29,807 bases of DNA from Candidatus Eiseniibacteriota bacterium (GCA_034440375.1 JAWXBZ010000064.1:1-29807); one strand, 5' to 3'. Counted from the first letter of the stretch, positions 16,414 through 28,128 are shown. The notes: generated by a model not told the origin, from the sequence alone. Translations and numbers: made by a program.

Positions 16414-17490
16414 ATGACGACAAGCCACGACCGATCACTTGAGTCAAGGACCCCGGTTCCGCCGGACCCTGCCTGGACGACCCGGGACGACACCCTTGTC
16501 GATTGGCAACCGATCCTCGACGGGCTCGACGCGGCCCGCTCGATCGTCATTACCAGTCATGTCAATCCGGATGGTGATGCGCTCGGGTCGGAGCTCGGCC
16601 TCGCGCGATGGCTCGATACGCGCGGTCACGCGGCGCGAATCGTCAACGCCGATCCCGTGCCCGATCGATACGATTTCCTGGACCGAAACGGCCGGGTGGA
16701 GACCCTGGATCCGACGCGTCACGCGACGCTGGTCGCCGAAACGGATCTCCTGGTGGTGGTCGACGTCAGCCGCTGGGATCGAATCGGCCGGGTGGGGGAG
16801 TACTTCGACAACACCCCCACCCCGCGCCTTTGCATCGACCACCACCCCGGCGCGGTCGACTTCCCCACGCTGGCCGCTGTCGTGGCACCCTCCTTCGCCG
16901 CCACCGGCGAATTGATCGTGGAGCTGATGGCGGCGGTCGGTGACAGGCCCGATCGCACCACGGCGGAGGCGCTGTACGTGGCCATCATGACCGACACCGG
17001 ATCGTTCCGGCACGCCTCCACGACGCCTCGCACGCACCGGATCGCGGCCGAACTTCTGGCGACCGGCATCGACCCGTCGGAGCTGTATGACCTGACCTGG
17101 AATCGAAACAGCGAAACTCGTATGCGTGTGATCGGTGAGGCTTATCGAACATTCAAGCTCCATGCCTCCGGGGCCCTCGTGGTGGCCTCGTTGTCCGCCG
17201 AATCCCTGCGCGCGCTTCACGCCAAACCGGCCGATACCGAGGGGCTGGCCGAATTGTTACGAGGTGTCGCGGGATGCCGTGCCTCCGCTGTTTTCACCGA
17301 AATGGCCCCGGGCGAGGTGAAGGTGAGCCTGCGCTCTCGCGGCGCGGTCGACGTGAATGCCGTGGCCCGCCAATTTGGTGGTGGCGGCCACGTGAACGCC
17401 GCGGGGATACCGGCGACCGGGAGCCTGAATGAGGTAAGGGACGCGGTGGTCGCCGCCCTCGAATCCAGCCTGGCCGCCCTTCCCGCTTGA
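16414..17490 (+). CDS. nrnA: DHH/DHHA1 phosphoesterase, oligoribonuclease/PAP phosphatase NrnA
   Basis: SHVNPDGDALGS, VVD, IDHH, MTDTGSF, KVSLRS, GGGGHVNAAG; TAAGGAG RBS. Confidence 0.93.
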   Translation: MTTSHDRSLESRTPVPPDPAWTTRDDTLVDWQPILDGLDAARSIVITSHVNPDGDALGSELGLARWLDTRGHAARIVNADPVPDRYDFLDRNGRVETLDPTRHATLVAETDLLVVVDVSRWDRIGRVGEYFDNTPTPRLCIDHHPGAVDFPTLAAVVAPSFAATGELIVELMAAVGDRPDRTTAEALYVAIMTDTGSFRHASTTPRTHRIAAELLATGIDPSELYDLTWNRNSETRMRVIGEAYRTFKLHASGALVVASLSAESLRALHAKPADTEGLAELLRGVAGCRASAVFTEMAPGEVKVSLRSRGAVDVNAVARQFGGGGHVNAAGIPATGSLNEVRDAVVAALESSLAALPA

Positions 17491-17525
17491 CCGCTGCCCC
17501 GTCGAAACTGTTACCATTTCTGCGC

Positions 17526-17552
17526 TTGGCACTCGGATTGGTTGAGTGCCAG
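17526..17552 (+). promoter_or_regulatory. CIRCE operator (HrcA binding site)
   Basis: TTGGCACTC-N9-GAGTGCCAG versus consensus TTAGCACTC-N9-GAGTGCTAA, upstream of hrcA. A candidate extended -10, TGTTACCAT, lies at 17509-17517. Confidence 0.93.
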
Positions 17553-17620
17553 GCGGAAACGGTCCCTCCGACGACCCGGAAAACCGGGTGCCGGACCTTT
17601 CGACTTGAAACAGGACACCC

Positions 17621-18640
17621 ATGCTGAACGAACGTGATCGGCTGATTCTAAGCCAGGTCCTCGACCTCTATATCGAGACGGCCGCCCCGGTTGGGAGCCA
17701 GGCACTGGCGCGTGGCCGGACCATCGGCCTGTCGGCTGCCAGCATCCGGGGGATCATGATGGACTTGGAGGAACGGGGCTATCTTGGTCAGCCGCACACG
17801 TCCGCCGGCCGGGTACCGACCGATATGGCCTACCGGGCGTGGGTGGATGAGTGGCTCGAACCGAACATCCTGAACGAACCCGAGATCGAGTGGATGGAAT
17901 CGGCGCTCGATGACACGCCGGCGGAATTGTCGAGCCTCCTCGAACAGGCGGCCCGACTCCTGGGCAGCGCCTGCCATCAGGTCGGCATGGCCATGGCCCC
18001 CTCCATCGGCACCTCCATCCTGACCGGCATCGAGTTCGTCCGGGTGGCGGACACGCGCGTCCTGATGCTGCTTCGCCTCCGTGAGGGGGCGGTCCGCACG
18101 GTGATGCTGGATGTTTCCTCACGGCTGGACTCCGAGGCGCTGGCCGCCACGGCTGCCCGGCTCAACGAATATCTGGCCGGCCTGTCGCTGAACGAAATCA
18201 GTGCCACGCTGGCGGAGCGCGCGCAATCCTGGGTGATCCGCGACGAGGAAATCGTGACACGGCTCATTGCCCTCGGTCCGGGTCTGGTGAATCTGGGGGA
18301 GCCGTCCGCGCTCTATGTTCGGGGCACCGGCGAACTCGCCGGCCAGCCGGAATTTCAGTCACCCGAGCGTCTTCGCGATCTGCTCCATCTCATGGAAGAG
18401 CGTCCGGGATTGTCGGCGCTCCTTTCCGGGCGACGGACCCGACCGGGCATCGAGATCACGATCGGTCGCGAGAATCCCACGGGGCCGCTGACGGCGACCT
18501 CGATTGTCACGTTCACCTGGTCGCACGGCGCGGTTGCCGGCACCGTTGGCGTCATCGGGCCGACCCGCATGCACTACCCGCGGGTGCTGGCCCTGCTGTC
18601 GGGGATGGCCCGCCAGATCGACCGCCGGCTGTCCGCTTGA
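17621..18640 (+). CDS. hrcA: Heat-inducible transcription repressor HrcA
   Basis: YIETAAPVGS, LEERGYLGQPHTSAGRVPTD, ITIGRENP, GVIGPTRMHY. Confidence 0.97.
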   Translation: MLNERDRLILSQVLDLYIETAAPVGSQALARGRTIGLSAASIRGIMMDLEERGYLGQPHTSAGRVPTDMAYRAWVDEWLEPNILNEPEIEWMESALDDTPAELSSLLEQAARLLGSACHQVGMAMAPSIGTSILTGIEFVRVADTRVLMLLRLREGAVRTVMLDVSSRLDSEALAATAARLNEYLAGLSLNEISATLAERAQSWVIRDEEIVTRLIALGPGLVNLGEPSALYVRGTGELAGQPEFQSPERLRDLLHLMEERPGLSALLSGRRTRPGIEITIGRENPTGPLTATSIVTFTWSHGAVAGTVGVIGPTRMHYPRVLALLSGMARQIDRRLSA

Positions 18641-18668
18641 TGGCGGTGCCGGAAGCCTGGAGGCGGTG

Positions 18669-19235
18669 ATGAATCAGGGGATTGACGAACCGATGGATCG
18701 GCCCACCGACGAGGAGTACTCCGACCTCGAGGATCCGCCGATGCCACCCGACAGGGCGCCGGACACCGACAGCGACACCGACACGGATACGGTCGTGGCC
18801 GCCGAGGCGGACGACCGTTACCTGCGCCTCCTGGCCGAGTTCGATAACTTCCGGCGACGTTCGTACAAGGAACGTGAGCAGGCGATGCAGACCGGCATCG
18901 AGCGACTGGCCGTTCCGTTGTTCGATGTCCTCGACAATCTCGAACGGGCCCTGGCCCATGCGCTGGCAACGGCGCCTGGACCCTGGGTCGATGGCGTGGC
19001 GTTGACCGTCCGCCAGTTTTCCGAGGCGCTGCGCGCGGCCGGCATCGAGGCGATCGATCCGCTTGGCGAGCCGTTCGATTCGCGGTGGCACGAGGCGCTG
19101 GGTCACGCGGCCTCCAACACCGTCCCGCCCGATCATGTCGTCACGGTTGTGGCCCCCGGGTATCGGCTGGGCGATCGCCTGCTTCGGCCCGCCCGCGTGC
19201 TGGTGGCCGGCGGTGGGAACCGACACGAGGCATGA
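18669..19235 (+). CDS. grpE: Nucleotide exchange factor GrpE
   Basis: [54 protein letters not shown]. Confidence 0.96.
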   Translation: MNQGIDEPMDRPTDEEYSDLEDPPMPPDRAPDTDSDTDTDTVVAAEADDRYLRLLAEFDNFRRRSYKEREQAMQTGIERLAVPLFDVLDNLERALAHALATAPGPWVDGVALTVRQFSEALRAAGIEAIDPLGEPFDSRWHEALGHAASNTVPPDHVVTVVAPGYRLGDRLLRPARVLVAGGGNRHEA

Positions 19236-20353
19236 GCCGTCCGCGCGACTACTACGAAATTCTTGGGATTGGCCGTGACGCGGATGACGATGCGATTAAG
19301 AAGGCCTACCGGAAACTGGCCCTCCAGTGGCACCCCGACAGGAACCCTGGAGACAGTGCCGCCGAAGAGAAATTCAAGGAAGCCACCGAAGCCTGGGAGG
19401 TGTTGCACGATCCGCAAAAACGGGCCGCGTACGACCGCTTCGGCCATGACGGATTGAAGGGGAGCGGATTCGGCGGCGGCCAGCCATTCGACATGCAGGA
19501 CGCCCTGCGCGCCTTCATGCAGGATTTTGGCGGCTTCGGCGATATCTTCGGCCAGGGCGGCGAACGTCGCGGGGCCGACATGCAGATCCAGATCCGGCTG
19601 ACACTGGCCGAGGTGGCCACCGGTCTCTCTCGCACGATCAAGATGAAAAAGCCCGTGGCCTGCGATACCTGCACCGGCACCGGCTCAAAACCCGGCAGCG
19701 GCAGCAGTACCTGCCGGGATTGCCAGGGGGCCGGCCAGATCCGCCAGGTACATCGCACCTTCATCGGGCAATTCATCAATGCCGTCACCTGCCCGCGCTG
19801 TCAGGGCGGGGGCCGAATCCTCGATTCCCCCTGCGTCGATTGCCGGGGCGAGGGGCGTCGGCGCGGCGAGGAAACGATCAGCGTCGACATTCCGGCCGGC
19901 GTGGCCGATGGGAACTATCTCACCATGCGCGGCAAGGGTGAGGTGGGGCGCCAGGGAACGCCACCCGGCGATCTGGCCGTCATCTTTCGCGTCGAGGAAC
20001 ACGACATCTTCCAACGCCACGGCAATGATCTGCTGGCGGAGTTTCCGTTGAGTCCCTCGCGCGCCGCGCTCGGCGGCGAGGAGAAGGTGCCCACACTCGA
20101 CGGCGAGGCCACCGTGGACGTGCCGGCCGGCGTGCAGACCGGCCGCATTCTCCGCCTCAAGGGAAAAGGACTCCCCGTCCTGAACGGACGCGGCATCGGC
20201 GATCTGCTCCTGCGCACGGTGGTCTTCGTTCCGACGAAGCTCTCCTCGAAGGAGAAGGAACTGTACGCCGAGATCGGCCGGATCGAGGAGAAGAAGCCGC
20301 ACAAGCCGGACAAGGCGTTGTTCGACCGGATCCGCGAGGCCTTCCGTGTCTGA
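19232..20353 (+). CDS. dnaJ: Chaperone DnaJ
   Basis: J domain DYYEILG..HPDRN, G/F region and four CxxCxGxG zinc motifs; ATGA overlap with grpE. Confidence 0.98.
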   Translation: MSRPRDYYEILGIGRDADDDAIKKAYRKLALQWHPDRNPGDSAAEEKFKEATEAWEVLHDPQKRAAYDRFGHDGLKGSGFGGGQPFDMQDALRAFMQDFGGFGDIFGQGGERRGADMQIQIRLTLAEVATGLSRTIKMKKPVACDTCTGTGSKPGSGSSTCRDCQGAGQIRQVHRTFIGQFINAVTCPRCQGGGRILDSPCVDCRGEGRRRGEETISVDIPAGVADGNYLTMRGKGEVGRQGTPPGDLAVIFRVEEHDIFQRHGNDLLAEFPLSPSRAALGGEEKVPTLDGEATVDVPAGVQTGRILRLKGKGLPVLNGRGIGDLLLRTVVFVPTKLSSKEKELYAEIGRIEEKKPHKPDKALFDRIREAFRV

Positions 20354-21188
20354 TGGGGGTCCCCCCCGATTTTTTCACGAAGGCACGGTTGCTCCGGGGA
20401 CCTCGATCGAACTCGACGCCGATGAATCCGGGCACGGGACCCAGAGCCTTCGGCTTCACCCGGACGACATCATCGAACTTGTCGACGGGCAGGGACATCT
20501 GGCGAGGGCGCGGGTCACCGGGAGTCACCGACGTCGGCTTGTCGTTTCGGTCATCGAACAATCGTTCCATGCGCCGACTTTTCAAACACGGTTGATTGTC
20601 GGGCTCGGCCTCCTCAAGGGACCGAGGTTCGACCTGGCGCTCGAGAAGTTGACCGAACTCGGCGCGGACGTCGTCGTTCCGTTGTTGACGCACTACAGCG
20701 AGGTTCCCGGGGAAGGAAAAACAAAATTCATTCGATGGGGCCGGATTCTCTTAAGCGCGATGAAGCAGAGCCGGCGAGTCTACCGGCCCGAGTTGCGCGA
20801 GCCGATTCGCCTTCGCGATCTCCTCGCGGCGGAGCCGGTCGATGCCATCCTGGTGGGACATCCGGCGCCGCCGGCCATAACGGAGGCGCCGGGGCTGGAC
20901 GGCGGAAATACGGGAGACTTGCCGGCGCCGGACGGCGGCAAGCCGGTGGCGGTGAGTCCATCTTGGCGGACCGAACTCCTCCTCGTCGGGCCCGAGGGGG
21001 GATGGGCTCCGGGGGAGATCGAGCAGTTCCGGAAGGCGGGGGCCACCTTCATCTCCTTGGGGCCCAACCGATTACGAGCTGAGACGGCCGCCATGGCCCT
21101 GCTCACCTGGCGGCTCTCGGTCCTGGGTGTCCTGGGGCCGTTCTCCTTTGCGTCCCGGGACGCGGACCCCGATGAAATCACCTCTTGA
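20346..21188 (+). CDS. rsmE: 16S rRNA m3U1498 methyltransferase RsmE
   Basis: [33 protein letters not shown]; follows dnaJ. Confidence 0.95.
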   Translation: MSDGGPPRFFHEGTVAPGTSIELDADESGHGTQSLRLHPDDIIELVDGQGHLARARVTGSHRRRLVVSVIEQSFHAPTFQTRLIVGLGLLKGPRFDLALEKLTELGADVVVPLLTHYSEVPGEGKTKFIRWGRILLSAMKQSRRVYRPELREPIRLRDLLAAEPVDAILVGHPAPPAITEAPGLDGGNTGDLPAPDGGKPVAVSPSWRTELLLVGPEGGWAPGEIEQFRKAGATFISLGPNRLRAETAAMALLTWRLSVLGVLGPFSFASRDADPDEITS

Positions 21189-21213
21189 CCCGGGGGGCCC
21201 GTGCCGCTAACTT
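21185..21213 (+). promoter_or_regulatory. Candidate sigma70 promoter for rpsU
   Basis: TTGACC (21185-21190), 17 nt, TAACTT (21208-21213). Confidence 0.55.
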
Positions 21214-21358
21214 GTTACGCGGGATTCGTCTGCACGGGCGCGTACCAGTGGCCGCCACGCAAACTAATCAGGTCGAATAAACTTCAGGCGGGGAGGAACT
21301 GTCCCTGCCCCGGTGCCTCCGGTGCCGAATCCAACGTTGAGGGGGTGTATCTTTTTTC

Positions 21359-21547
21359 ATGGCTGGAATTCGTGTGAAAGAGGGCGAATCTTTCGAGAGC
21401 GCCCTTCGTCGTTTCAAGAAAAAGTGCGAGAAGGCGGGGATCCTGAGCGATCTGCGTCGCCATCAGCATTTCGAAAAGCCGAGTGAGCGGAAGAAGCGCA
21501 AGCTGAACGCCGCAAAGCGAAAGGCGCAGCAGCGAGCCAAGGTTTAA
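21359..21547 (+). CDS. rpsU: 30S ribosomal protein S21
   Basis: [39 protein letters not shown]. Confidence 0.98.
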   Translation: MAGIRVKEGESFESALRRFKKKCEKAGILSDLRRHQHFEKPSERKKRKLNAAKRKAQQRAKV

Positions 21548-21675
21548 GCGCCAAGGATCGAACCTCTCGAGTCCCTGCCCTGTTTCAGGCCTGCTGACCA
21601 AACCCAGGCACTCATTCAAACAGAGCGGCAGACGGACTCTCGTCGGTCGTCCCGACACATTCCGATTTTGAACCC

Positions 21676-21705
21676 GGCCGCCAGCCGGATTACCGGCTGG
21701 TGGCC
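21676..21705 (+). terminator. Strong hairpin after rpsU, possible terminator or attenuator
   Basis: GGCCGCCAGCCGG-ATTA-CCGGCTGGTGGCC, a 13-bp stem with one G-U. No immediate U tract. Confidence 0.5.
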
Positions 21706-21802
21706 TGCGGCATTTCTCAATCGTCCCCGAAATTGACTTCCGCGCCGCCCGGGCAACCGGGTGGACATCCTAAGGCTTTCCGGAAGGATTGAAACGGCAC
21801 GG

Positions 21803-24199
21803 ATGATGGATCGCCACTCACTCCAGGTCCTCGAATTTGACCGCGTCCTGGCTCTGGCCGTGCGTCATGCCGCGTCCGAGCGGGGTGCCGAATGGATTCT
21901 GGCGCTTGAGCCGACTACCGAGGCGGCCATTGCGGCCGCACGGCTCGATCTGACCGATGAGCTGCGCCGCCTCATCGTGTCGGCCGACGGCTTTCCGACA
22001 ATCGAGGCGCCGGATATCCGACCGGCGCTTCTGGCCCTCGGTGCGCCGGGCTCGGTACTTGAGGCTCCGGATCTGCGCGACCTGGCCCGCCTGTTGCGTG
22101 TGGCTCGCACGGTCCGCGAACGGATGACACGGGAGATGACCGACTTTCCCCTCACCGGCACGCGGGCCGCGGCCCTGGTTCCGGCGCCCCATTTCGAGCG
22201 CGCGGTGGCCGACACGTTTGATGAGCATGGCGAGATCCTCGACTCGGCCAGCGGGGCCCTCCGGACAATTCGCCGGCATCTGAAGCAGCAGCGCGATCGG
22301 ATCACGTCCCGGCTCGAGGCGTACCGCAAGGGGGATGATGCCGAGCGCACCATCACGCTGCGGGCCGACCGATACGTCCTGTCGGTCAAGGCCAACGAAA
22401 AAGGGGATATCGGCGGCATCGTTCACGATCGCTCGGGTTCGGGGGCCACGGTCTTTCTCGAACCGACGGCGCTTTTCGAGGAGAACAATCGACTGATCGA
22501 ACTGCTGGTCGAGGAGCGGGACGAAATTCGCCGGATCCTGGCCGCGCTGTCCGACATGGTGCGCAGCCTGCATCCCGGGCTGATCCGAAATGCAGAACTC
22601 CTGGCCGAACTCGACGGACACAAGGCGATGGCCCGCCTGGCCGAGGCCCAGGATGCGCGCCGCCCGGCCCTCGGCACGGAGCGAATCGTGCTGAAATCGT
22701 TCCGACACCCGCTCCTGTCCGAATCGCGTCCGGTGGTGCCCCTCGATCTCGAATTGACGCCCGGAGCCAGGATGCTTCTCGTGACCGGGCCTAACATGGG
22801 TGGCAAGACGGTGGCCTTGAAGGGTGTCGGCCTGGCCTGCCTCATGGCCGCGGTCGGCATGCACCTGCCGGCCGCCGACAGCACCGAGGTTGTCATCCTC
22901 GAGGAAGTAACGGCGGATATCGGCGATGAGCAGTCCATCGAACAGGACCTTTCGACATTTGCTTCGCACCTGCGCCGCTGGATCGAGGCCACACGGGGCG
23001 CGGGCCCGGCCCGACTGGCGTTGCTGGACGAAATTGGCGCCGGAACCGACCCGGCCGAGGGGGCCGCACTGGCCCGCGCCGTTCTGGAGCGCCTGGCCGC
23101 CGGAGGGGGCTTCACGGTGGCCACGACCCATCTCGGGGCGCTCAAGACCTTTGCCATCGACCAGCCGGGCGTGGCCAACGGTTCGATGCGATTTGATCCA
23201 ATCGGAGAAAGACCGCTCTACGTACTGGAGCAGGGGTTGCCGGGTCAGAGTCGTGCCATTGAGATGGCACGGCGTCTCGGCCTCGATCCAGATCTGATCG
23301 ATCGGGCCCAGGAACTCGTCGGTACCGAGGAACGAAGCGTGCAGGCACTCCTGTCCGAACTCGAGATCACGCGCCGCCAGCTGGAGACGGAAATGGCCCG
23401 GACCACCGAAGAAAATGCCCGCGTGGCCGACGTTCGACAGAAGTACGAGGATCGAGTCCGCAAGCACAGCCTGGACTACGAGGCCATCAAGGAGCGGGCC
23501 CGTCGCGAGGGGCAGCGGCACCTGGACCGTGCGGCCGACCTCTTGAAGGAGGCCGAAACCGAGGCGCGAACGATCAAGCAGAAAGCGCTGATTGAATCGA
23601 AGGAGGGGCGCCAGCGCCTGGACAATCTGAAGGGGGCCATCCGGGAGGCGCGCGAAGCAACGGCCCGGCCGGCCCCCGAGGCCCCCGGCCGACCAATCGA
23701 GTCGGCCGAAGCCACGCCCGGCGCCCGATTCTGGGCCGAACCGCTGCAGGGGTGGGTCACCATCGTGGCGCCACCGGACGGTGCCAAGGTGCGGGTCGAG
23801 CGGAACGGACTCAAGGTCGAATTGCCCCTGACGGCGCTGCGCGGGGGGTTGGGCTCCGGTGAGTCGGCGCCCTCCCGGCGGACGGCGCTCGAGGAATTGC
23901 CGACCGATCCGGTGCCCCGACCGCGGGGCGGGGTGCAATACGAAACACGGGAGGCGATCCAGGCCGAGGTCGACCTCCGGGGTCTCACCGCCGAAGAGGC
24001 GATCGATCGGCTTGACCAGTTCCTGGATGAATCGATGCTCGGCGCTGTCCCGCGAATACGCATTATCCATGGCAAGGGTACCGGCGTCCTTCGGGCAGCC
24101 GTGCGGAAGTGGCTGTCCGACCGAAACGACATTGTCTCGCACCGGCTGGGGGACAGCTGGGAGGGGGGCACCGGGGTAACGGTGGCGGAATTGGAATGA
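21803..24199 (+). CDS. mutS2: Endonuclease MutS2 with C-terminal Smr domain
   Basis: LEFDRV, HDRSGSGATVFLEP, TGPNMGGKT, DIGDEQSIEQDLSTF, LDEIGAGTDPAEG, TTH, Smr DLRG..IIHGKGTGVLR. Confidence 0.97.
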   Translation: MMDRHSLQVLEFDRVLALAVRHAASERGAEWILALEPTTEAAIAAARLDLTDELRRLIVSADGFPTIEAPDIRPALLALGAPGSVLEAPDLRDLARLLRVARTVRERMTREMTDFPLTGTRAAALVPAPHFERAVADTFDEHGEILDSASGALRTIRRHLKQQRDRITSRLEAYRKGDDAERTITLRADRYVLSVKANEKGDIGGIVHDRSGSGATVFLEPTALFEENNRLIELLVEERDEIRRILAALSDMVRSLHPGLIRNAELLAELDGHKAMARLAEAQDARRPALGTERIVLKSFRHPLLSESRPVVPLDLELTPGARMLLVTGPNMGGKTVALKGVGLACLMAAVGMHLPAADSTEVVILEEVTADIGDEQSIEQDLSTFASHLRRWIEATRGAGPARLALLDEIGAGTDPAEGAALARAVLERLAAGGGFTVATTHLGALKTFAIDQPGVANGSMRFDPIGERPLYVLEQGLPGQSRAIEMARRLGLDPDLIDRAQELVGTEERSVQALLSELEITRRQLETEMARTTEENARVADVRQKYEDRVRKHSLDYEAIKERARREGQRHLDRAADLLKEAETEARTIKQKALIESKEGRQRLDNLKGAIREAREATARPAPEAPGRPIESAEATPGARFWAEPLQGWVTIVAPPDGAKVRVERNGLKVELPLTALRGGLGSGESAPSRRTALEELPTDPVPRPRGGVQYETREAIQAEVDLRGLTAEEAIDRLDQFLDESMLGAVPRIRIIHGKGTGVLRAAVRKWLSDRNDIVSHRLGDSWEGGTGVTVAELE

Positions 24200-24218
24200 C
24201 CTCAAAGGCGGAGTTGAA

Positions 24219-26003
24219 ATGAGGTATTCCCAGGATCTGATTGACCGCGTCCGGGAAGCTACGGATATCGTGCCACTGGTTGGCGAACAGTTGCGGCTGA
24301 CGAAGGCCGGACGTTCGTTCAAGGGGCTGTGTCCGTTTCATGCGGAAAAGACGCCTTCCTTTCACGTGAACCCGGATCGACAGATTTATCACTGTTTCGG
24401 CTGCGGAGCCGGAGGCAACGCCATCACGTTCCTGATCGAGCATGCCAAGTTGACGTTTCCGGAGGCCATCCGGACGCTGGCCGAACGGGCCGGCATCGCC
24501 CTGCCCGCCCGCACGGACGATGCGGCAGCCGATATCGAGATCAGTCGGATCCACGAGGCCCTGAGCCTGGCCGCGGAATTCTTCGAGGAGCGGCTGGCCC
24601 ATCGGGATGTGGGGCGCCCGGCAAGGGACTACCTGGCCGGGCGCGATATTTCCATGGAGACGGCCACCACGTTCGGCCTTGGTTTCGCTCCGGCCGGCTG
24701 GTCCAATTTCCTGGATGTCGCCGTCAAGAAATTCACCCCCGACATCCTGGCAAAAGCCGGCCTCATCGTCCTTAAGGACGATGGGGGGGCGTACGACCGT
24801 TTCCGGAACCGGCTCATGGTGCCGATCGCCTCCGCGAGCGGCCGCGTCATTGGATTCGGCGGTCGCACCATGGGTGACGACGATGCCAAGTACATCAACT
24901 CCCCCGAATCTCCGGTCTACCAGAAGGGGCAACTCCTGTTTGGCCTCGCGATGGCCCGCGATGCGATGCGTTCCAGTGAGGAAGCCATCCTGGTCGAGGG
25001 ATACTTCGATCACCTTCGCGCCGTGGCGGCCGGCTTTCCGAATGTCGTGGCGGTGGCCGGCACGGCCTTCACGCCGAACCAGGCCGCGCTGCTTCGGCGG
25101 CATGCGGCGCGGGTGCATCTCGTTTTCGATGGCGATTCGGCCGGCCTCAACGCCGCCTGGAAAGCGGCGGGGCTCTGCCTGGCGGCGGGGCTTCTGCCAC
25201 TCCTCGTCATCCTTCCGGAGGGGGATGACCCTGACAGCCTGATCCGCCGGGATGGGCCAGCGGCGTTTCGTGCCGCCCTCGACTCGAGCCTGGACCTGAT
25301 CGGATTCACGAAGGCCCGACTCGTCCCGAAGCTGGGCAAGGAAGATGCGCTGAAGCGGCTGGTCGATCAGATCCGCGAATCGCCCGACCCGATCCGCCGC
25401 CGCCTCATGATCCAGGAGGCCGCCGACCGACTCCGGTTTGATGAGGCGACGCTCGTTCGGGCAGTGGAGCAACGGCGGCCGATCGGCCCCGCGCGAAGCG
25501 CTGAATCCGGTAGTTCCCTGGCGGACGGGCAGGGTGGATCGTCAGGCCGGGCGCCGGCCTCGGCCGCCGAGCTGCCGGTGGTCGAACGGACCCTTCTGGC
25601 GATTCTCCTTGACCAGCCGACACTTCTTGGCGGCCTCGGGGAACTCGACGCGGACGACTTTGATGATGAACGAAGCCGGGAACTCTTTCGGCAACTTCCG
25701 ACACTGGATGGGAGTACCGAAGCCCTGCATCGCCTGATGGATGCGGGGCGTGGAACCGGGTGGGGGCGTGTGCTCTCTCAACTGGCCTTCGAGCCGACGC
25801 ACGACGGGGCCGACGCGGCCCACGACTGCGCCCGTCGCCTAAGGGAGAAGCGCCTGACCCGACTCATCACGGAACTCAAGATCGATCTGGCCGACGCCGA
25901 ACGGAGCGGTGATTCCGAACGGGCGGCCAGGATCTTTCGTCAAATTAACGAGCTGTCGAATCAACGACTTTCTCTGTCCACGGGAGCGATGACCAAACCA
26001 TGA
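24219..26003 (+). CDS. dnaG: DNA primase
   Basis: [15 protein letters not shown] zinc finger, [34 protein letters not shown]. Confidence 0.98.
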   Translation: MRYSQDLIDRVREATDIVPLVGEQLRLTKAGRSFKGLCPFHAEKTPSFHVNPDRQIYHCFGCGAGGNAITFLIEHAKLTFPEAIRTLAERAGIALPARTDDAAADIEISRIHEALSLAAEFFEERLAHRDVGRPARDYLAGRDISMETATTFGLGFAPAGWSNFLDVAVKKFTPDILAKAGLIVLKDDGGAYDRFRNRLMVPIASASGRVIGFGGRTMGDDDAKYINSPESPVYQKGQLLFGLAMARDAMRSSEEAILVEGYFDHLRAVAAGFPNVVAVAGTAFTPNQAALLRRHAARVHLVFDGDSAGLNAAWKAAGLCLAAGLLPLLVILPEGDDPDSLIRRDGPAAFRAALDSSLDLIGFTKARLVPKLGKEDALKRLVDQIRESPDPIRRRLMIQEAADRLRFDEATLVRAVEQRRPIGPARSAESGSSLADGQGGSSGRAPASAAELPVVERTLLAILLDQPTLLGGLGELDADDFDDERSRELFRQLPTLDGSTEALHRLMDAGRGTGWGRVLSQLAFEPTHDGADAAHDCARRLREKRLTRLITELKIDLADAERSGDSERAARIFRQINELSNQRLSLSTGAMTKP

Positions 26004-27823
26004 CCAAACCGATCCTGACCAAGGCGAAGGCACCAGCGAAGAAGAAAGTGGCAGGCTCGGCCGCGAAGAGGGACACCGGCCCGATGAAGGAACTCAAGTC
26101 ACTGGCCTTGAAGCAGGGCTACGTGACCCAGGAGCAGCTCGACACCTTCATCTCGAATGACGCCGGTGGCGAGGACTTGATCATCGAGATGGAAAACGCC
26201 TATTCGGCCCTCGGCGACATGAACATCAACGTCTTCGACAGCGAGGAAGAGGCGCTGGCGAAAATGCGCAAGGCCAAGAAGACCAAGGTGACGAAGGCCG
26301 AGGCCAAGGCCGCCGCCGTGCTGGCGCCGGTGCGCTATGACGATCCCGTCCGCATGTACCTGCGTGAGATGGGAAAGGTGCCGCTGCTCGATCGCGAGGG
26401 GGAGGTCACGATCGCGAAGCGGATCGAGGAGGCCGAGCACCGCATCATGGACGCCCTCTTCAAGACTGCCCCGGCGGTCCGGGAGCTGCAGGCCCGGTCG
26501 GTCCTCCTGGCCAAGGAAAAAATCAAGCTCGAGGAGTTCGTGCATGTCGACTTCGGGGGCCCGGAGGGTGGCGAGCCCGCCGTCAAGAAGATCAAGGCCA
26601 AGGTCGTCATCGCGGTCAAGAATGTGGCCAGGATGCAGCCCGAGCTGACCAAGCTTCGGCAGCAGGGGCTTCGGGTCATGGCCGAGAAGACCCGCGCCCT
26701 GCACATCGACAAGATCGCGAAGCGCGAGCAGAAACTGCACGAAGAGCTGATCGGCATGGGCCTGGCCACCAAGATGGTGGAGGCCCTGACTTTCAAGCTC
26801 AAACAGCTCAAGGAGCAGATGGCCGAGGCCGAGCGCGAGGGAGTTCTGCTGGAGGAGAAATACCATCAGAGCGCCGATCGCCTGCTCGACATGCAGAAGC
26901 GCCTGAAGCGGAGTCGCCGCGAGGTGGCCACCATCAAGAAGGAAGCCAACCTGACACCCGAGCAGGTGGATGAGGCGGTCAAGGCGATCCATCTGGCCCG
27001 GCGCCGGGTCAAGAAAATCGAAACGGACTCCGGCATCACGCGCGACGACCTGTTTGAAACAGTGGAAGTAGTCCAGCGCGGCGAGCGCGACCGGGAGCGG
27101 GCCAAGACCGAGATGATCGAGGCCAACGTACGACTGGTCATCTCGATCGCGAAGCGTTATACCAATCGCGGCCTCGAATTCCTGGACCTGATCCAGGAAG
27201 GTAATTCGGGCCTCATGCGCGCCGTCGACAAGTTCGACTACCGCAAGGGTTACAAGTTCTCGACCTACGCCACCTGGTGGATCCGCCAGGCCATCACGCG
27301 TGCCATCGCCGACCAGGCCCGCACGATTCGCGTGCCGGTGCACATGATCGAAGCGATCAACAAGGTCGTGCGCACCTCGCGCCGCCTGGTGCAGGACCTG
27401 GGGCGCGAGCCGCTTCCGGAAGAGATCGCCGTCAAGCTCCAGATGCCGGTCGAGAAGATCAAGGCCGTGCTCAAGGCCGCGCAGGAGCCGATCTCGCTGG
27501 ATCGGCCGATCGGCGAGGATGACGACTCGAACCTGGGCGATTTCATCGAGGACGTCAGTGTCATCAGCCCGGCCCACGCCGCCAGCAAGGCCATCCTGAA
27601 GGAAGAAGTGAACAACGTGCTGTCGACGCTGACCAAGCGCGAGGCGCTGGTGATCAAGCTCCGCTTCGGGTTGACCGAGGACGGCTGCCCGAGGACGCTG
27701 GAAGAGGTCGGCGCGTTCTTCAAGGTGACGCGCGAGCGTATCCGGCAGATCGAGGCCAAGGCGCTGCGGAAGCTGCGGCATCCGACGCGGCGTCGTCGGT
27801 TGAAGGGGTATCTGGAGGTTTAG
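26000..27823 (+). CDS. rpoD: Primary sigma factor sigma70
   Basis: [89 protein letters not shown]. Confidence 0.99.
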   Translation: MTKPILTKAKAPAKKKVAGSAAKRDTGPMKELKSLALKQGYVTQEQLDTFISNDAGGEDLIIEMENAYSALGDMNINVFDSEEEALAKMRKAKKTKVTKAEAKAAAVLAPVRYDDPVRMYLREMGKVPLLDREGEVTIAKRIEEAEHRIMDALFKTAPAVRELQARSVLLAKEKIKLEEFVHVDFGGPEGGEPAVKKIKAKVVIAVKNVARMQPELTKLRQQGLRVMAEKTRALHIDKIAKREQKLHEELIGMGLATKMVEALTFKLKQLKEQMAEAEREGVLLEEKYHQSADRLLDMQKRLKRSRREVATIKKEANLTPEQVDEAVKAIHLARRRVKKIETDSGITRDDLFETVEVVQRGERDRERAKTEMIEANVRLVISIAKRYTNRGLEFLDLIQEGNSGLMRAVDKFDYRKGYKFSTYATWWIRQAITRAIADQARTIRVPVHMIEAINKVVRTSRRLVQDLGREPLPEEIAVKLQMPVEKIKAVLKAAQEPISLDRPIGEDDDSNLGDFIEDVSVISPAHAASKAILKEEVNNVLSTLTKREALVIKLRFGLTEDGCPRTLEEVGAFFKVTRERIRQIEAKALRKLRHPTRRRRLKGYLEV

Positions 27824-27830
27824 GCCAGCC

Positions 27831-28128
27831 ATGCGATCGGGTGTTCGACGACTTGCCGTTGCGGTGGTGATGGCCGGGGCTCGTGGCCGGTGGAGGAGTG
27901 GAGTCGGCAGGGGCGTGTTTGTGTGTTCCAGGACCCGGACCACTGGCCGAGTTCGAATCCACCGGCTCGCGAACCGCCATCAATGCCCTGATGGAAATGT
28001 TCTGGCTGGCCTCGGACAGCCGGCCCGCCATTGAGGCCCGGCGAGGCGATCCGGTCCTGGGAGAGCTGGTCGAACGGGCGCTGGCGTGCATTCCGGAGGC
28101 GTCCCGGAGGCCGGCGCGAGGAGAGTAG
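27831..28128 (+). pseudogene. Possible frameshifted remnant of a secreted CxC-motif protein
   Basis: Removing one G from GGGG (27876-27879) joins MRSGVRRLAVAVVMAG to LVAGGGVESAGA|CLCVPGPGPLAEFES..., giving a coherent signal peptide and mature N-terminus. Confidence 0.45.

Noticed and set aside
21818-27943. Long antisense ORFs (834, 469 and 614 aa)
   Set aside because: They lie opposite mutS2, dnaG and rpoD and have no recognisable domains.
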